Assembly: GCA_945860865.1 (NCBI GenBank)
Contig: CAMARW010000005.1
Location: 4,364 to 68,363, forward strand
Length of the DNA stretch: 64,000 nucleotides
From: Chitinophaga pinensis
Lineage (GTDB): Bacteria; Bacteroidota; Bacteroidia; UKL13-3
Reading direction: 5' to 3'
Shown here: positions 39,811 to 50,265 of the stretch, in pieces
Numbering within the stretch: position 1 is the first letter of the stretch
Layout: every line of letters starts with the position of its first letter
Position numbers and translations under genes: made by a program
Notes under the pieces: model-generated
Told to the model about the DNA's origin: nothing
What the model saw: only the letters and a program-made list of their open reading frames with translations
Databases searched by the model: none

Positions 39811-41196
39811 ATGAAACAAACAACTATTAAAAAATCTGTGAGTGTAGAAGGAGTTGGCCTTCATACAGGGCAGTTGGTAACTATGACGTTTAATCCTGCA
39901 AAGGACCATTACGGCATAAAGTTTCAGCGGGTAGATTTACCAAATATGCCATTTATTGATGCAGATGTTGACAATGTTGTTGATACATCTAGGGGAACTA
40001 CACTTGAGCAAAACGGTGCCCGAATTGCTACAGTAGAGCATGTTATGGCTGCTTTGGCCGCCCTTGAAATTGATAATTGTATTGTGCAAATAAACGGTGG
40101 AGAAACGCCTATCATGGATGGCAGTTCTCAGTTTTTTATGAAAGCGCTAAAACAGGCTGGAATTTTAGATTTAGAGGCTGACCGTGAATACTTTAATATT
40201 CCTCAAAATATTTATTACACAGAGTCAGATAGAAATGTTGAAATGATTGCCATGCCTTTAGATGATTATCGTTTAACAGTGATGGTAGATTATAATTCAC
40301 CTGTTTTGGGCTCGCAACATGCTTCAATAACCAGTTTAAAAGAGTTTGAAACGGATATTGCGAGCTGTAGAACTTTCTGCTTTTTACATGAATTAGAATT
40401 ATTGTACAACAATGGTTTAATAAGAGGTGGCGATTTAAACAACGCCATTGTAATTGTTGACAGGGTTATTGAAGACAGTGAGCTAGAGAATCTAGCCAAA
40501 ATGTTTAATAAGCCTAAGGTTGAAGTGAAAAAAGAAGGCATTTTAAATAATGTGGATTTGCGTTTTCATAACGAACCTGCTCGTCATAAACTATTAGATT
40601 TAATTGGCGATTTGGCACTTATTGGAACCCCCATTAAGGCCCAAATTATGGCTGCTCGTCCCGGACATGCAGCAAATATTGCATTTGGAAAAAAGATTAA
40701 GGCTTTAATTAAAAAAACTAGAAGCACGGTGCGTGTTCCTAAGTATGATGTAAACAAAGAGCCACTTTACAATTCGGTTGCTATTGAAAAAATGTTGCCA
40801 CACCGATTCCCTTTTTTAATGATTGATAAAATCATGGAAATGGGTCAAAATCATATAATTGGTATAAAGAATGTTACTTTTAATGAGCCTTTTTTTCAAG
40901 GCCATTTTCCTGGTAACCCCATTATGCCCGGTGTGCTAATTATAGAAGCCATGGCGCAATGTGGTGGCGTGCTCATTCTTTCAAAAGTAGAAGATCCCGA
41001 AAATTATAATACCTATTTCATGAAAATAGATAATGCTAAATTTAAAGAGAAAGTGGTTCCCGGCGATACACTAATTTTTAGATTGGAACTAATTGGACCT
41101 ATAAGACGCGGTATTTGCATTATGAAAGGAAGCGCTTTTGTGGGTGATAGGCTAGTAGCTGAATCTGATTTAATGGCACAAGTTGCAAAAGGATAA
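39811..41196 (+). CDS. lpxC/fabZ: bifunctional UDP-3-O-acyl-GlcNAc deacetylase / 3-hydroxyacyl-ACP dehydratase
   Basis: 461 aa. The N-terminal half is LpxC and the C-terminal half is a FabZ hotdog domain ([12 protein letters not shown]). This fusion is typical of Bacteroidota. Confidence 0.93.
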   Translation: MKQTTIKKSVSVEGVGLHTGQLVTMTFNPAKDHYGIKFQRVDLPNMPFIDADVDNVVDTSRGTTLEQNGARIATVEHVMAALAALEIDNCIVQINGGETPIMDGSSQFFMKALKQAGILDLEADREYFNIPQNIYYTESDRNVEMIAMPLDDYRLTVMVDYNSPVLGSQHASITSLKEFETDIASCRTFCFLHELELLYNNGLIRGGDLNNAIVIVDRVIEDSELENLAKMFNKPKVEVKKEGILNNVDLRFHNEPARHKLLDLIGDLALIGTPIKAQIMAARPGHAANIAFGKKIKALIKKTRSTVRVPKYDVNKEPLYNSVAIEKMLPHRFPFLMIDKIMEMGQNHIIGIKNVTFNEPFFQGHFPGNPIMPGVLIIEAMAQCGGVLILSKVEDPENYNTYFMKIDNAKFKEKVVPGDTLIFRLELIGPIRRGICIMKGSAFVGDRLVAESDLMAQVAKG

Positions 41197-41198
41197 AT

Positions 41199-41984
41199 AT
41201 GATACATTCACTAACCAATATAGACCCCAGCGCAAGAATTGCTGAGAATGTTAAGATTGATCCTTTTACCATGATACACAAAGATGTAGAAATTGGCGAA
41301 GGAACATGGATTGGTAGCAATGTTACTATTTATCCAGGTGCCCGAATTGGTAAAAATTGCAGGATTTTCCCTGGTGCAGTTATTTCTGCTATTCCGCAAG
41401 ATTTAAAATTTGATGGCGAAGAAACCTTAGCTATTATTGGGGATGGTACTACAATCAGAGAATGTGTAACCATTAACAGAGGTACCAAAGATAAATTTAA
41501 AACAGAGATTGGTACCAACTGTTTAATTATGGCTTACACACATTTAGCGCATGATTGCATCGTTGGAAATCAAGTAATTATTGCCAATGGCGTGCAGGCT
41601 GCCGGGCATGTTACCATCCAAGATTTTGCCCGCATTGGCGGCTTGTCTGCAATACACCAATTTGGTATTGTGGGCAGAAACGTAATGATTGAAGGCGGAA
41701 GCATGGTTAGTAAAGATGTGCCACCATTCGTAAAAGCAGGCAGATACCCATTAACTTATGAAGGTGTAAACGCCGTTGGTTTGCGCAGAAATGGTTTTAG
41801 CAACGAGAAAATAAACGAAATTCAAGACATTTACCGGATTTTATTCATACATAATAGAAATTTGAGTAAAGCACTAGAAATGGTTGAAAAAGAACTACCT
41901 GTTTCTGCCGAGCGTGATGAGATTTTAAATTTTATTCGCAATTCAGAAAGAGGTGTTTTAAAAGGGTTCAACAACGGAAAGTAA
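41199..41984 (+). CDS. lpxA: acyl-ACP--UDP-GlcNAc O-acyltransferase
   Basis: 261 aa with hexapeptide repeats and an LpxA C-terminal region. Confidence 0.93.
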   Translation: MIHSLTNIDPSARIAENVKIDPFTMIHKDVEIGEGTWIGSNVTIYPGARIGKNCRIFPGAVISAIPQDLKFDGEETLAIIGDGTTIRECVTINRGTKDKFKTEIGTNCLIMAYTHLAHDCIVGNQVIIANGVQAAGHVTIQDFARIGGLSAIHQFGIVGRNVMIEGGSMVSKDVPPFVKAGRYPLTYEGVNAVGLRRNGFSNEKINEIQDIYRILFIHNRNLSKALEMVEKELPVSAERDEILNFIRNSERGVLKGFNNGK

Positions 41985-41993
41985 GCTTAAATT

Positions 41994-42614
41994 GTGCAAA
42001 TAACCCTCAGCGATATCGGTAAAAAATTCAACCGCCAATGGGTGTTTAAAGGTATAAATCTCGAGATTTCATCCCAACAAAGTTTGGCTTTAGTGGGTAA
42101 TAATGGCTCCGGAAAATCTACCCTTATTCAAATTATTTTTAATTTTCAAACCTACTCCAAAGGCTCTATCAACTATTGGCTGAACCAAAAACTTTTAACC
42201 GAGGAAGAGCTAGTTGGCAAAATTGCATTTGCCGCGCCATATTTAGAACTATTTGAGGATTTTACGCTTATAGAAATGTTGCAATTTCATTTCAAGCTTA
42301 TTCCCAAACAAGCAGATATTAGCTTGGAAGAAATGATAAGCAACGGTGGCTTAGGCGGACAAGAGAATAAGGCAGTAAAATATTTCTCCTCTGGAATGAA
42401 ACAGCGTTTAAAATTGCTAATGGCTGTTTATGCAGATACTCCTTTGTTATTGTTGGATGAACCCTGCTCTAATCTCGATAATCAGGGAATAGAATGGTAC
42501 CGCAATTTGGTTCAAACCCAATTAAAAAAACGTACTATTATTATTGCAAGCAACCAGTTATTTGAATATGACTTTTGCGATTCAACCTTATCGGTGCAGG
42601 ATTTTAAGCCTTAA
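41994..42614 (+). CDS. ABC transporter ATP-binding protein (small)
   Basis: 206 aa. Walker A (GNNGSGKST), an ABC signature (FSSGMKQRL) and Walker B (LLLLDEP). Confidence 0.75.
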   Translation: MQITLSDIGKKFNRQWVFKGINLEISSQQSLALVGNNGSGKSTLIQIIFNFQTYSKGSINYWLNQKLLTEEELVGKIAFAAPYLELFEDFTLIEMLQFHFKLIPKQADISLEEMISNGGLGGQENKAVKYFSSGMKQRLKLLMAVYADTPLLLLDEPCSNLDNQGIEWYRNLVQTQLKKRTIIIASNQLFEYDFCDSTLSVQDFKP

Positions 42615-43713
42615 TTAATTTATCTATTTCTGCTGATGCCAGTAAGGCTGCATTTTTGTTTTGAAACAAATGATGTAGTTCTTGGTAATCTTCCAATAAT
42701 TTATTGCGTTTGTTGCCGCCCAATAATATTGCTTCAAATTCTTGTTTTAATTGACTCAGCTGATAATTGTTTTGGATAAGTTCTTTAACTGCCTCGCGGT
42801 TGAGATTTAAGTTAACCAACGAAGCCCATTTTACTTTAACCAATAAGGAGGCAATAAAATAGGTGAGGGGTTGGGCGGCATAAACGCATACTTGCGGAAT
42901 GTTCATAAAGGCTGTTTCTAGGGAGGCAGTGCCGCTGCAAACCACTGCGGCTTCGCTGTGTGCTAAAATATTACGTGTTTCATCAAATATAATGGCAGCT
43001 TGGTCTTGGGTTAAAAATTGTTGGTAATAGGCTTCACCCAAACTAGGCGAACCCGCTATAATAAATTGATATTGCGGGTAGGCTTGAGCCAACAAAAGCA
43101 TAGTGGGTAACATGCGTTTTACTTCTTGTTTTCTACTTCCCGGTAACAAAGCAATAATGGGTTTATTTTCTAGCTTGTGTTCGATTTTAAAATTGGTGGA
43201 TTTTTGGAAGGTACTAATTTGGTCGTACAGCGGGTTGCCAATATATTTTGCGTTTACTTTCCACTTTTTAAAATAAGCGGTTTCAAAAGGGAAGATGAGC
43301 AGTAATAAATCAACATTGGCTTCCAATTGTTTGCCTCTTTTTTCGTTCCACGCCCAAATTTTAGGGGCAATAAAGTAGCAGGTTTTGATATTGTATTTGC
43401 GTGCAGCTTTTGCCATACGCATGTTAAACCCCGGGTAATCAATTAAGATGAGAACATCTGGTTTGTAGACCGAAAATTGAGCCTCACATCGCCTCATATT
43501 GGCTTGTATGGTTCTAATATTTAATAGCACTTCTACAAAACCCATTATGGTAATATCTTTAAAGTGCTGAAGCATTCCTGGCGCCACAGCAGCCATTTTA
43601 TCTCCACCCCAAAAAGCAAATTCTGCGGCTGGGTCTGTGGCCAAAATGCCCTCCATTAAACTAGCCCCCAATAAATCTCCGCTGGCTTCTCCTGCTATTA
43701 AAAAATATTTCAT
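42604..43713 (-). CDS. lpxB: lipid-A-disaccharide synthase
   Basis: 369 aa. LpxB N-terminus (IAGEASGDLLGA). Convergent with the ABC gene and overlaps it by 11 nt. Confidence 0.9.
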   Translation of the reverse strand: MKYFLIAGEASGDLLGASLMEGILATDPAAEFAFWGGDKMAAVAPGMLQHFKDITIMGFVEVLLNIRTIQANMRRCEAQFSVYKPDVLILIDYPGFNMRMAKAARKYNIKTCYFIAPKIWAWNEKRGKQLEANVDLLLLIFPFETAYFKKWKVNAKYIGNPLYDQISTFQKSTNFKIEHKLENKPIIALLPGSRKQEVKRMLPTMLLLAQAYPQYQFIIAGSPSLGEAYYQQFLTQDQAAIIFDETRNILAHSEAAVVCSGTASLETAFMNIPQVCVYAAQPLTYFIASLLVKVKWASLVNLNLNREAVKELIQNNYQLSQLKQEFEAILLGGNKRNKLLEDYQELHHLFQNKNAALLASAEIDKLIKA

Positions 43714-43792
43714 ATAATTTATATGTAGGCAAATTTATCTTATTTGATTTATTTGCCTATTTTTTCTTACCTTGCTTTAAAATAAATTAACG

Positions 43793-44692
43793 ATGGCTGA
43801 TACCAATAAAAAAAATAATAATAATTCGCTTACGCTTTTATTACTGCTATTAATAACCTCTGTAGGTGTTAATTTTTATCAATGGAAAAGTCATAATGGT
43901 ATGGTTGTTTCTCATGGCAATGAGGTAGATAGTTTAAACACCATGCGCATGAATGTAGAGCGCGAGCTTGGGTTAACGGTCATAGAATTAGAGAAATATC
44001 GCGGCATTGCAGGTAATTTGGATACTTTGTTAAATGAGGCCAATAGCCAAATTGCCAAACAAGAATCTGTTATAAAACAATTACTTGCTTCAGAAAAAGA
44101 TGGTAAAAAATTAAGTACAAAGCTAAAAACAGAAATTGCTAAATTGCATAAACTGCGCGATGAATATTTAGATAAAATTGATAGTTTAATAGCAGAAAAT
44201 GATCGATTAAAATCAGAAAATCTAAACCTCAATTCGCAGGTTGAAAATCTGAATGAACAGAAAAACTTACTAGCTGGTAAAGTAGCCACAGCCGCTCAGT
44301 TAAAAGCAGAATACGTAAAGGTAAGTTCATTTAAAAAACGTAGCAATGGAAAATATACAGAAAGTGCCATTGCCAAGCGAACCAATAAATTGGAAGCCTG
44401 TTTTACTTTAATGGATAATAAAATTGCAGGTACGGGCGATAAATTAATTTATTTACTGATTACCGCGCCCAATGGTAAAATATTAATGTCGTACACCAAA
44501 GCCCAGTTTACAGACAGCGAAGGCAAATTTTTGGATGCCACCGCTAGCATTAAAGTAGATTATACTGGAGCCAAGCAAGACTTATGTTTATCATACGAAA
44601 ACGATGAGCGTATTTTAGAATCGGGCACCTATCAAATTGGTATTTATGCCGATGGTTTAATGGTGCATCAGAGCAACTATATTTTGCGCTAA
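43793..44692 (+). CDS. hypothetical membrane-anchored coiled-coil protein
   Basis: 299 aa. An Asn-rich N-terminus followed by a transmembrane segment, a central heptad-rich coiled-coil region, and a C-terminal beta-rich domain. No family recognised. Confidence 0.55.
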   Translation: MADTNKKNNNNSLTLLLLLLITSVGVNFYQWKSHNGMVVSHGNEVDSLNTMRMNVERELGLTVIELEKYRGIAGNLDTLLNEANSQIAKQESVIKQLLASEKDGKKLSTKLKTEIAKLHKLRDEYLDKIDSLIAENDRLKSENLNLNSQVENLNEQKNLLAGKVATAAQLKAEYVKVSSFKKRSNGKYTESAIAKRTNKLEACFTLMDNKIAGTGDKLIYLLITAPNGKILMSYTKAQFTDSEGKFLDATASIKVDYTGAKQDLCLSYENDERILESGTYQIGIYADGLMVHQSNYILR

Positions 44693-45195
44693 GCTTTCTT
44701 TTTCTGTAGCCTTTTTAACAAAGAGCTTTTTATTCCGGGCGAGAGTGTTGCTAAGTAAGTGTCTTGTAAAAGCAGGCCAAGCTCTTGTTTTAATGCTGGG
44801 TATTTATCACTAATTCGTAATAAAACTTCCATAGCAACCGCCCTAACAGACGATGATTTGTGAATTTGCAGCCAAATTTGCATGCAATAATCGTACAATT
44901 CTCCTTCTATTTTATCGTCCCAATCCACTAAAAACAAGAGTTTAAGCAATTCTCTTTGGTGCCCATCTTTTTTGTGTGGTATGGCATTAACCAGCTTTTC
45001 TAAATAAGGTAAAAAGTGCGGGTCGTTTTGAACCAAGCAACATTGCAATAGCCAAGTGGCTCGCCAGCAATAGGGTTGTTTATTTGATAAGGCTAACTCA
45101 AAAGCCTCGGGAATGTAATTTGTATGTGATCGCAAAAAGGCAATCATTGCCTCTTTGCGACCTCTAATCATACTATTTTCTAGTGGCGTTTCCAT
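44689..45195 (-). CDS. HEAT-repeat protein resembling a DNA alkylation repair enzyme (AlkD-like), possibly truncated
   Basis: 168 aa. Helical-repeat composition similar to AlkD/AlkC-family proteins, but shorter than the roughly 230 aa I remember for AlkD. Confidence 0.4.
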   Translation of the reverse strand: METPLENSMIRGRKEAMIAFLRSHTNYIPEAFELALSNKQPYCWRATWLLQCCLVQNDPHFLPYLEKLVNAIPHKKDGHQRELLKLLFLVDWDDKIEGELYDYCMQIWLQIHKSSSVRAVAMEVLLRISDKYPALKQELGLLLQDTYLATLSPGIKSSLLKRLQKKKA

Positions 45196-45250
45196 GCTGC
45201 AAGTTTGGGTTCAAACCCAAATGAACGGCTTTATGGGAGTATAAATGGGG

Positions 45251-45772
45251 TTATTTACCAATATATTTTTCTTCAATCATATTGCGGTGATGCAATTCAT
45301 GGCCGGCAATAATATAAGGAAGGCTGCTAACAGAGATAGATTGTCCGTTTGCTTCACCCATTTGCTCCCACATTTCGGGCGTAAAGCTTTGAAACAACTC
45401 GATGGTGCTGGCGCGAAGCAGCGAATATTCTTTAACAATACCTAAAATTTTACGTTTGTTGGCACCGCTGTTTTGGGCAAATAGGTTTTCGTCGAAGCCG
45501 GGCAAAGGTGTTTTATCTTTGCGTGCAATGCGCAGGGCTCTGTAGGCAAAAATTCTTTCGCAGTCTATCAAATGTAGCAAGATTTCTAAGATAGTCCATT
45601 TGCCTTCTTGGTAACTACTGGCTAATGTTTCATCATCTAAACTGGTTACTAAATCAATAATATCCATAGTTTGAATTTGTAGTTCGCCGAGGATATCTTT
45701 GGTTTCTGGAACCAGGTTAATGTATTTCCAATAGTAGGTTGGACATTGTTCTATACTGGGTTTAGGTATCAT
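45251..45772 (-). CDS. DinB-family (DinB_2/DUF664-like four-helix bundle) protein
   Basis: 173 aa. His residues spaced as in DinB/YfiT-like metal sites (LLHLIDCE...AGHELHH). Confidence 0.7.
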   Translation of the reverse strand: MIPKPSIEQCPTYYWKYINLVPETKDILGELQIQTMDIIDLVTSLDDETLASSYQEGKWTILEILLHLIDCERIFAYRALRIARKDKTPLPGFDENLFAQNSGANKRKILGIVKEYSLLRASTIELFQSFTPEMWEQMGEANGQSISVSSLPYIIAGHELHHRNMIEEKYIGK

Positions 45773-45782
45773 GCCTTTTTAA

Positions 45783-46151
45783 TTAGTGTTGGTGATCTGG
45801 CCCAAATACATTGGCTTTATGTCCGAAATGGTGCACAAAATCGCGCATTTCATCACTGAGTTCTTTGTTTCCAGTGGCTTTTTCGAAAGTATCGGCCATG
45901 GTAGCAAGGGTTTGAAACATAAATAAGTTCATTTCTTCTACATTCATATCTTGCGTCCATAAATCAATGCGCATGGCATTTTGTTGTAGGCCATCAAAAA
46001 TGCTCAACATCATTCCTTTGGCGCTTTCTTTGCCATCAAAATCTGCATCATCTGCGTCCCATTCTATATTGATAGGAAGGTTTTCGTTGTCTAAATGAAC
46101 ATCAATTCTAATTTGAGAAGTTTTAGCAACAGGCTTTTTTTCTACTGTCAT
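45783..46151 (-). CDS. gldC: gliding-motility-associated protein GldC homologue
   Basis: 122 aa. It aligns well to the Flavobacterium GldC as I remember it (DLWTQDM..EEM..F.FQTLATMADTF.KAT). Confidence 0.65.
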   Translation of the reverse strand: MTVEKKPVAKTSQIRIDVHLDNENLPINIEWDADDADFDGKESAKGMMLSIFDGLQQNAMRIDLWTQDMNVEEMNLFMFQTLATMADTFEKATGNKELSDEMRDFVHHFGHKANVFGPDHQH

Positions 46152-46157
46152 GTATTT

Positions 46158-46466
46158 TTAAGATAAATTGGTTTTAAGTTCTAATAGGAAAGTTTTTAAT
46201 TTGAGTAATTTCAATTTTATTTCCTCCGCTGGATCTTCCTTTGAAGGTTTTATTTTTAGTTTTTCTTGGGCACCTGCAATAGTAAAGCCCTCCACTTTTA
46301 TTAGCTGAATAATGCGTTCTAATAAATGGATGTCATCTTTGGTAAATTTCCGGTTTCCGCCTTTTGTTTTGATGGGATTTAAAATGGCAAACTCTTTCTC
46401 GTAAAAGCGAATAAGTGAACTTGCCACATTTAATTTATTTGCTACTTCTCCTATAGAATAGTACAT
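46158..46466 (-). CDS. MerR-family transcriptional regulator
   Basis: About 102 aa from MYYSIGEVANKL (46466), a typical MerR N-terminal HTH. The track ORF extends to 46538. There is no effector-binding domain. Confidence 0.8.
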   Translation of the reverse strand: MYYSIGEVANKLNVASSLIRFYEKEFAILNPIKTKGGNRKFTKDDIHLLERIIQLIKVEGFTIAGAQEKLKIKPSKEDPAEEIKLKLLKLKTFLLELKTNLS

Positions 46467-46506
46467 TTTTTCAATGGTATCTTCCCTGTTTTCCATAAGA
46501 TAACAA

Positions 46507-47475
46507 TTAATCAAATGACTGTCCTTCGCGTGAGGCAATGCTACGAATAGCCTGAAACTCTTCTTCTGTAATACCTTTAAAGAAGTAATTAATTGGATTC
46601 ACTTTATTTGCTCCCTTCACAACTTCATAGTGCAAGTGCGGAGCCGTAGAAGTTCCGGTTGAACCCACATAGCCAATAAGCTCCCCCCGTGTAACTTTTT
46701 GTCCTACCCTGGCTTTAATTCTGCTCATGTGGGCATACAACGAGGCGTATCCAAAACCATGGTTAACTACAACGTGGTTTCCATATCCACTGCTATTTTC
46801 GGCTGTACTGATGATACCGTTTCCTGTGGCATAAATGGGAGTGCCTTTGGGTGCTGTAAAGTCTATTCCAGCATGAAATTTATGTGTTTTAAAAATGGGG
46901 TGGATACGGTATCCATAACCGGAGGCGATGCGGGTAAGATCTTCGTTGGTAACAGGCTGAATAGCCGGAATACTTGCTAAAAAGGCTGTTTTGTTTTTAG
47001 CCAAAACAATCAATTCATCAAATGATTTTGATTGTACGGTAACTTGTTTGCCTAGGATATCAATTTTTTTATTCAAGGTCACAAGTTCCTCAGCGTTATT
47101 TAAACCTTCTAGGCTTCGGTATCTGTCTACTTCAGATTGAGTTGCCTTAATTTTATCAATATCTAAGGGTTCGGCTTCAAAAATAGCCCTATAAATATTG
47201 GCATCTCTTTGATGAAGATCTGCAATTTGGACACCCAATTCAGCAACTTTTTTATGAAGGAATTTAATTTGAATCCGGTATTGTTCGTTTTCTTGTTTCA
47301 ACGCACGTTCTTTAGGAGAGTCTAAAAAACTGTATACGCCAAAGGCCATAATGCCACCAACTACAGTAGAAGCCGACAAAAACCCAAAGACCCGCAAAAC
47401 CACAGACCATATGCTGGTACCCACTTTTTCAAAGTCGAGTTTTTGAGGATTATAAAAGTATTTTATTTTTGCCAA
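46507..47475 (-). CDS. M23 family metallopeptidase
   Basis: 322 aa with an N-terminal transmembrane segment and a coiled coil. LytM motifs HxxxD (HAGIDF) and HLH (PHLHYEV). Confidence 0.9.
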   Translation of the reverse strand: MAKIKYFYNPQKLDFEKVGTSIWSVVLRVFGFLSASTVVGGIMAFGVYSFLDSPKERALKQENEQYRIQIKFLHKKVAELGVQIADLHQRDANIYRAIFEAEPLDIDKIKATQSEVDRYRSLEGLNNAEELVTLNKKIDILGKQVTVQSKSFDELIVLAKNKTAFLASIPAIQPVTNEDLTRIASGYGYRIHPIFKTHKFHAGIDFTAPKGTPIYATGNGIISTAENSSGYGNHVVVNHGFGYASLYAHMSRIKARVGQKVTRGELIGYVGSTGTSTAPHLHYEVVKGANKVNPINYFFKGITEEEFQAIRSIASREGQSFD

Positions 47476-47618
47476 TGTTTCTCTTTTTTGTGTAACTCAA
47501 ATTCAGCTTCTTTGCATTATGAATTAAAAGTTGCTTGGTTTTGTTTTACTAAAACGAAACCAAAAATAAGTGATTCTGTGTAGAACCTAAATAATTAAAT
47601 TTAATAATCTGAATATCA

Positions 47619-50228
47619 ATGTCAAATTCGAGCCAAATACGTAAGCAATTCCTGGATTTTTTTGAAAGCAAAGGACATCAAATAGTTCCATCTGCACCTA
47701 TTGTGGTAAAAAACGACCCCACTTTAATGTTTACGAATGCTGGTATGAACCAATTTAAAGATTGGTTTTTAGGCAACGAGGAACCCAAATATAAACGTGT
47801 AGCCGATACTCAAAAATGTTTGAGGGTAAGCGGTAAGCATAATGATTTGGAAGAGGTTGGTGTGGATACCTATCACCATACCATGTTTGAAATGCTGGGT
47901 AATTGGAGTTTTGGTGATTATTTTAAAAAGGAAGCCATTGAATGGGCTTGGGAATTGCTAACCGAAGTATACAAATTGCCTAAAGACCGTTTGTATGTTA
48001 CCGTTTTTGAAGGTGATATTAAAGAGGGCTTGGCGTTCGACCAAGAAGCATTTGATAATTGGAAACTTTGGATCAGCCCGGAGAGAATTTTAAATGGCAA
48101 TAAAAAGGATAATTTCTGGGAAATGGGCGATACGGGTCCGTGTGGCCCTTGCAGTGAAATACATATTGATTTGCGATCTGATGCCGAAAGAGCAGCTGTT
48201 TCTGGGGCAGATTTGGTGAACAACGACCATCCTCAAGTGATTGAGATTTGGAACAATGTGTTCATGGAGTTTAACCGCAAGGCAGATGGCAGTTTGGAGA
48301 AATTACCTGCCCAGCACGTAGATACCGGGATGGGTTTTGAACGCTTATGCCGCGCTATTGAGGCCAAACAATCAAATTATGATACCGATGTTTTTGTGCC
48401 TTATTTAAAGTTTATTGAACAGCAAACAGGCGTAAAATATGGGTTGGCCGAACCAACAGATATTGCCATGCGCGTGTTGGCCGATCATATTAGAACCATT
48501 TCTTTTGCCATTTTAGATGGTCAATTACCATCGAATACTGGTGCGGGTTATGTTATTCGTAGAATATTGCGACGAGCCGTGAGGTATTATTATTCTTTCT
48601 TAAATACCCAAGAGCCCTTGTTATGGAAAATGGTTAGCCTAGTGGGCGAATCATTTACGGATATATTCCCTGAAGTAAAAGAGAAAAAGCAGTTTATTGA
48701 GCAGGTAATTAAAGAGGAAGAGTTGGGTTTCTTGCGTACCTTGGAAAATGGGATCAAACGATTGGAAAAAATTGAAGGTGATATCAATGGGGAACTTGCT
48801 TTTGAGTTATTTGATACGTATGGATTTCCGATAGATTTAACCCAACTTATTGCCCGTGAAAAAGGATTTAAAGTGGATATTGCCGGTTTTGAAAAGAACC
48901 TGCAATTGCAAAAAGAGCGTTCAAGAAAGGCTACAACACTAGAAACAGATGACTGGGTAGTATTAGAAGAAAACGACCAAATACAATTTGTTGGTTACGA
49001 TACCTTGGAGGCTGAGATTAAAATTATGCGTTACCGCAAGGTAAAGAGCAAAGGTAAAGAGCAGTTTCAAATGGTGTTTAACCAAACTCCGTTTTATGCA
49101 GAGAGTGGCGGACAAGTTGGCGATTCGGGTGTTATTGAAAGTGCTAATGAGAAAATTACGATTTTAGATACCCAAAAAGAGAATAACCTAATTATTCATA
49201 TTGTGGCTCAATTGCCAGAAAATCCAAGTACGGTTTTTGTGGCTAAGGTAGATGCACAAAAGCGTAAACTGACAGAATCTAATCACTCTGCCACGCATCT
49301 GTTGCATGCTGCTCTAAGGGCAGTTTTAGGTACCCATGTAGAACAAAAAGGTAGTTTGGTAAACAGCGATTATTTGCGATTTGATTTCTCCCATTTTAAA
49401 GGAATGAGTGAGAATGAATGGCAAGTTGTGGAGCAAATGGTAAACCAGAAAATTAGGGAAAATATTGCTTTAAATGAGCGAAGAAATGTACCTATTGAAG
49501 AGGCCAAATCTATGGGAGCGATGGCCTTGTTTGGAGAAAAATATGGCGATAGCGTGCGTGTGATTACTTTTGACTCAAACTACAGTGTGGAGCTTTGTGG
49601 TGGAACACATGTGAAAGCCACCGGCGAAATTGGGTTGTTTAAGTTTAAGAGCGAAGGTGCTGTGGCAGCAGGCGTGCGTAGGATAGAGGCTATCACTTCG
49701 TTGGCGGCAGAAAAGATGGTTGCCGAACAAGAAAGTGTATTGCAATCGGTAAAATTGGTTTTAAAATCAAACGATATACTTAAATCTGTTGAAGCACTTA
49801 TTCAAGAGAAAAATGAGCTGCAACGCAAGTTAGAAAATTTTGAAAATGAACGCACACAGCAAATAAAATCCCAATTACTGGATAAAGTTGTGCACCATAC
49901 CAATGTATCTAGTTTAATTGCAATGGTAAATGTTAGTAATACAGAGCAATTAAAGAACTTATCGTTTCAGTTAAAACAAGAAGTACCCAATTTATTTTGT
50001 TTGCTGGTGATGGAAAATGCAAATAAGCCCTTTATTAGTTTAATACTAGACGAAGCTTTGGTAAACAGCAAGCAATGGCATGCCGGAAACCTAGTGAAAT
50101 TGTGGGCCAAGCATATTCAAGGTGGGGGAGGCGGACAAGCATTTTATGCCACTGCGGGTGGTAATAATTTGGCAGGTTTGGAAATTGTGCTAAAAGAGGC
50201 TGAAATCTGGTTAGAAGGAAATTTGTAA
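47619..50228 (+). CDS. alaS: alanine--tRNA ligase
   Basis: 869 aa. Class II AlaRS N-terminus (FLDFFESKGHQIVPS) and an editing-domain HxxxH...CGGTH motif. Confidence 0.97.
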   Translation: MSNSSQIRKQFLDFFESKGHQIVPSAPIVVKNDPTLMFTNAGMNQFKDWFLGNEEPKYKRVADTQKCLRVSGKHNDLEEVGVDTYHHTMFEMLGNWSFGDYFKKEAIEWAWELLTEVYKLPKDRLYVTVFEGDIKEGLAFDQEAFDNWKLWISPERILNGNKKDNFWEMGDTGPCGPCSEIHIDLRSDAERAAVSGADLVNNDHPQVIEIWNNVFMEFNRKADGSLEKLPAQHVDTGMGFERLCRAIEAKQSNYDTDVFVPYLKFIEQQTGVKYGLAEPTDIAMRVLADHIRTISFAILDGQLPSNTGAGYVIRRILRRAVRYYYSFLNTQEPLLWKMVSLVGESFTDIFPEVKEKKQFIEQVIKEEELGFLRTLENGIKRLEKIEGDINGELAFELFDTYGFPIDLTQLIAREKGFKVDIAGFEKNLQLQKERSRKATTLETDDWVVLEENDQIQFVGYDTLEAEIKIMRYRKVKSKGKEQFQMVFNQTPFYAESGGQVGDSGVIESANEKITILDTQKENNLIIHIVAQLPENPSTVFVAKVDAQKRKLTESNHSATHLLHAALRAVLGTHVEQKGSLVNSDYLRFDFSHFKGMSENEWQVVEQMVNQKIRENIALNERRNVPIEEAKSMGAMALFGEKYGDSVRVITFDSNYSVELCGGTHVKATGEIGLFKFKSEGAVAAGVRRIEAITSLAAEKMVAEQESVLQSVKLVLKSNDILKSVEALIQEKNELQRKLENFENERTQQIKSQLLDKVVHHTNVSSLIAMVNVSNTEQLKNLSFQLKQEVPNLFCLLVMENANKPFISLILDEALVNSKQWHAGNLVKLWAKHIQGGGGGQAFYATAGGNNLAGLEIVLKEAEIWLEGNL

Positions 50229-50265
50229 AAGTTTTATATGTTTGATAGTAATTAAAAATATAACT

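Noticed and set aside
45203-45222. TTTGGGTTCAAACCCAAA near-palindrome between the AlkD-like and DinB genes, and a similar GAACCCAAATG string after exbB at about 19316
   Set aside because: The stems are short and AT-rich with a 2-4-nt loop and no U-tract. The recurrence of GAACCCAAATG at the two sites is noted but too weak to call.
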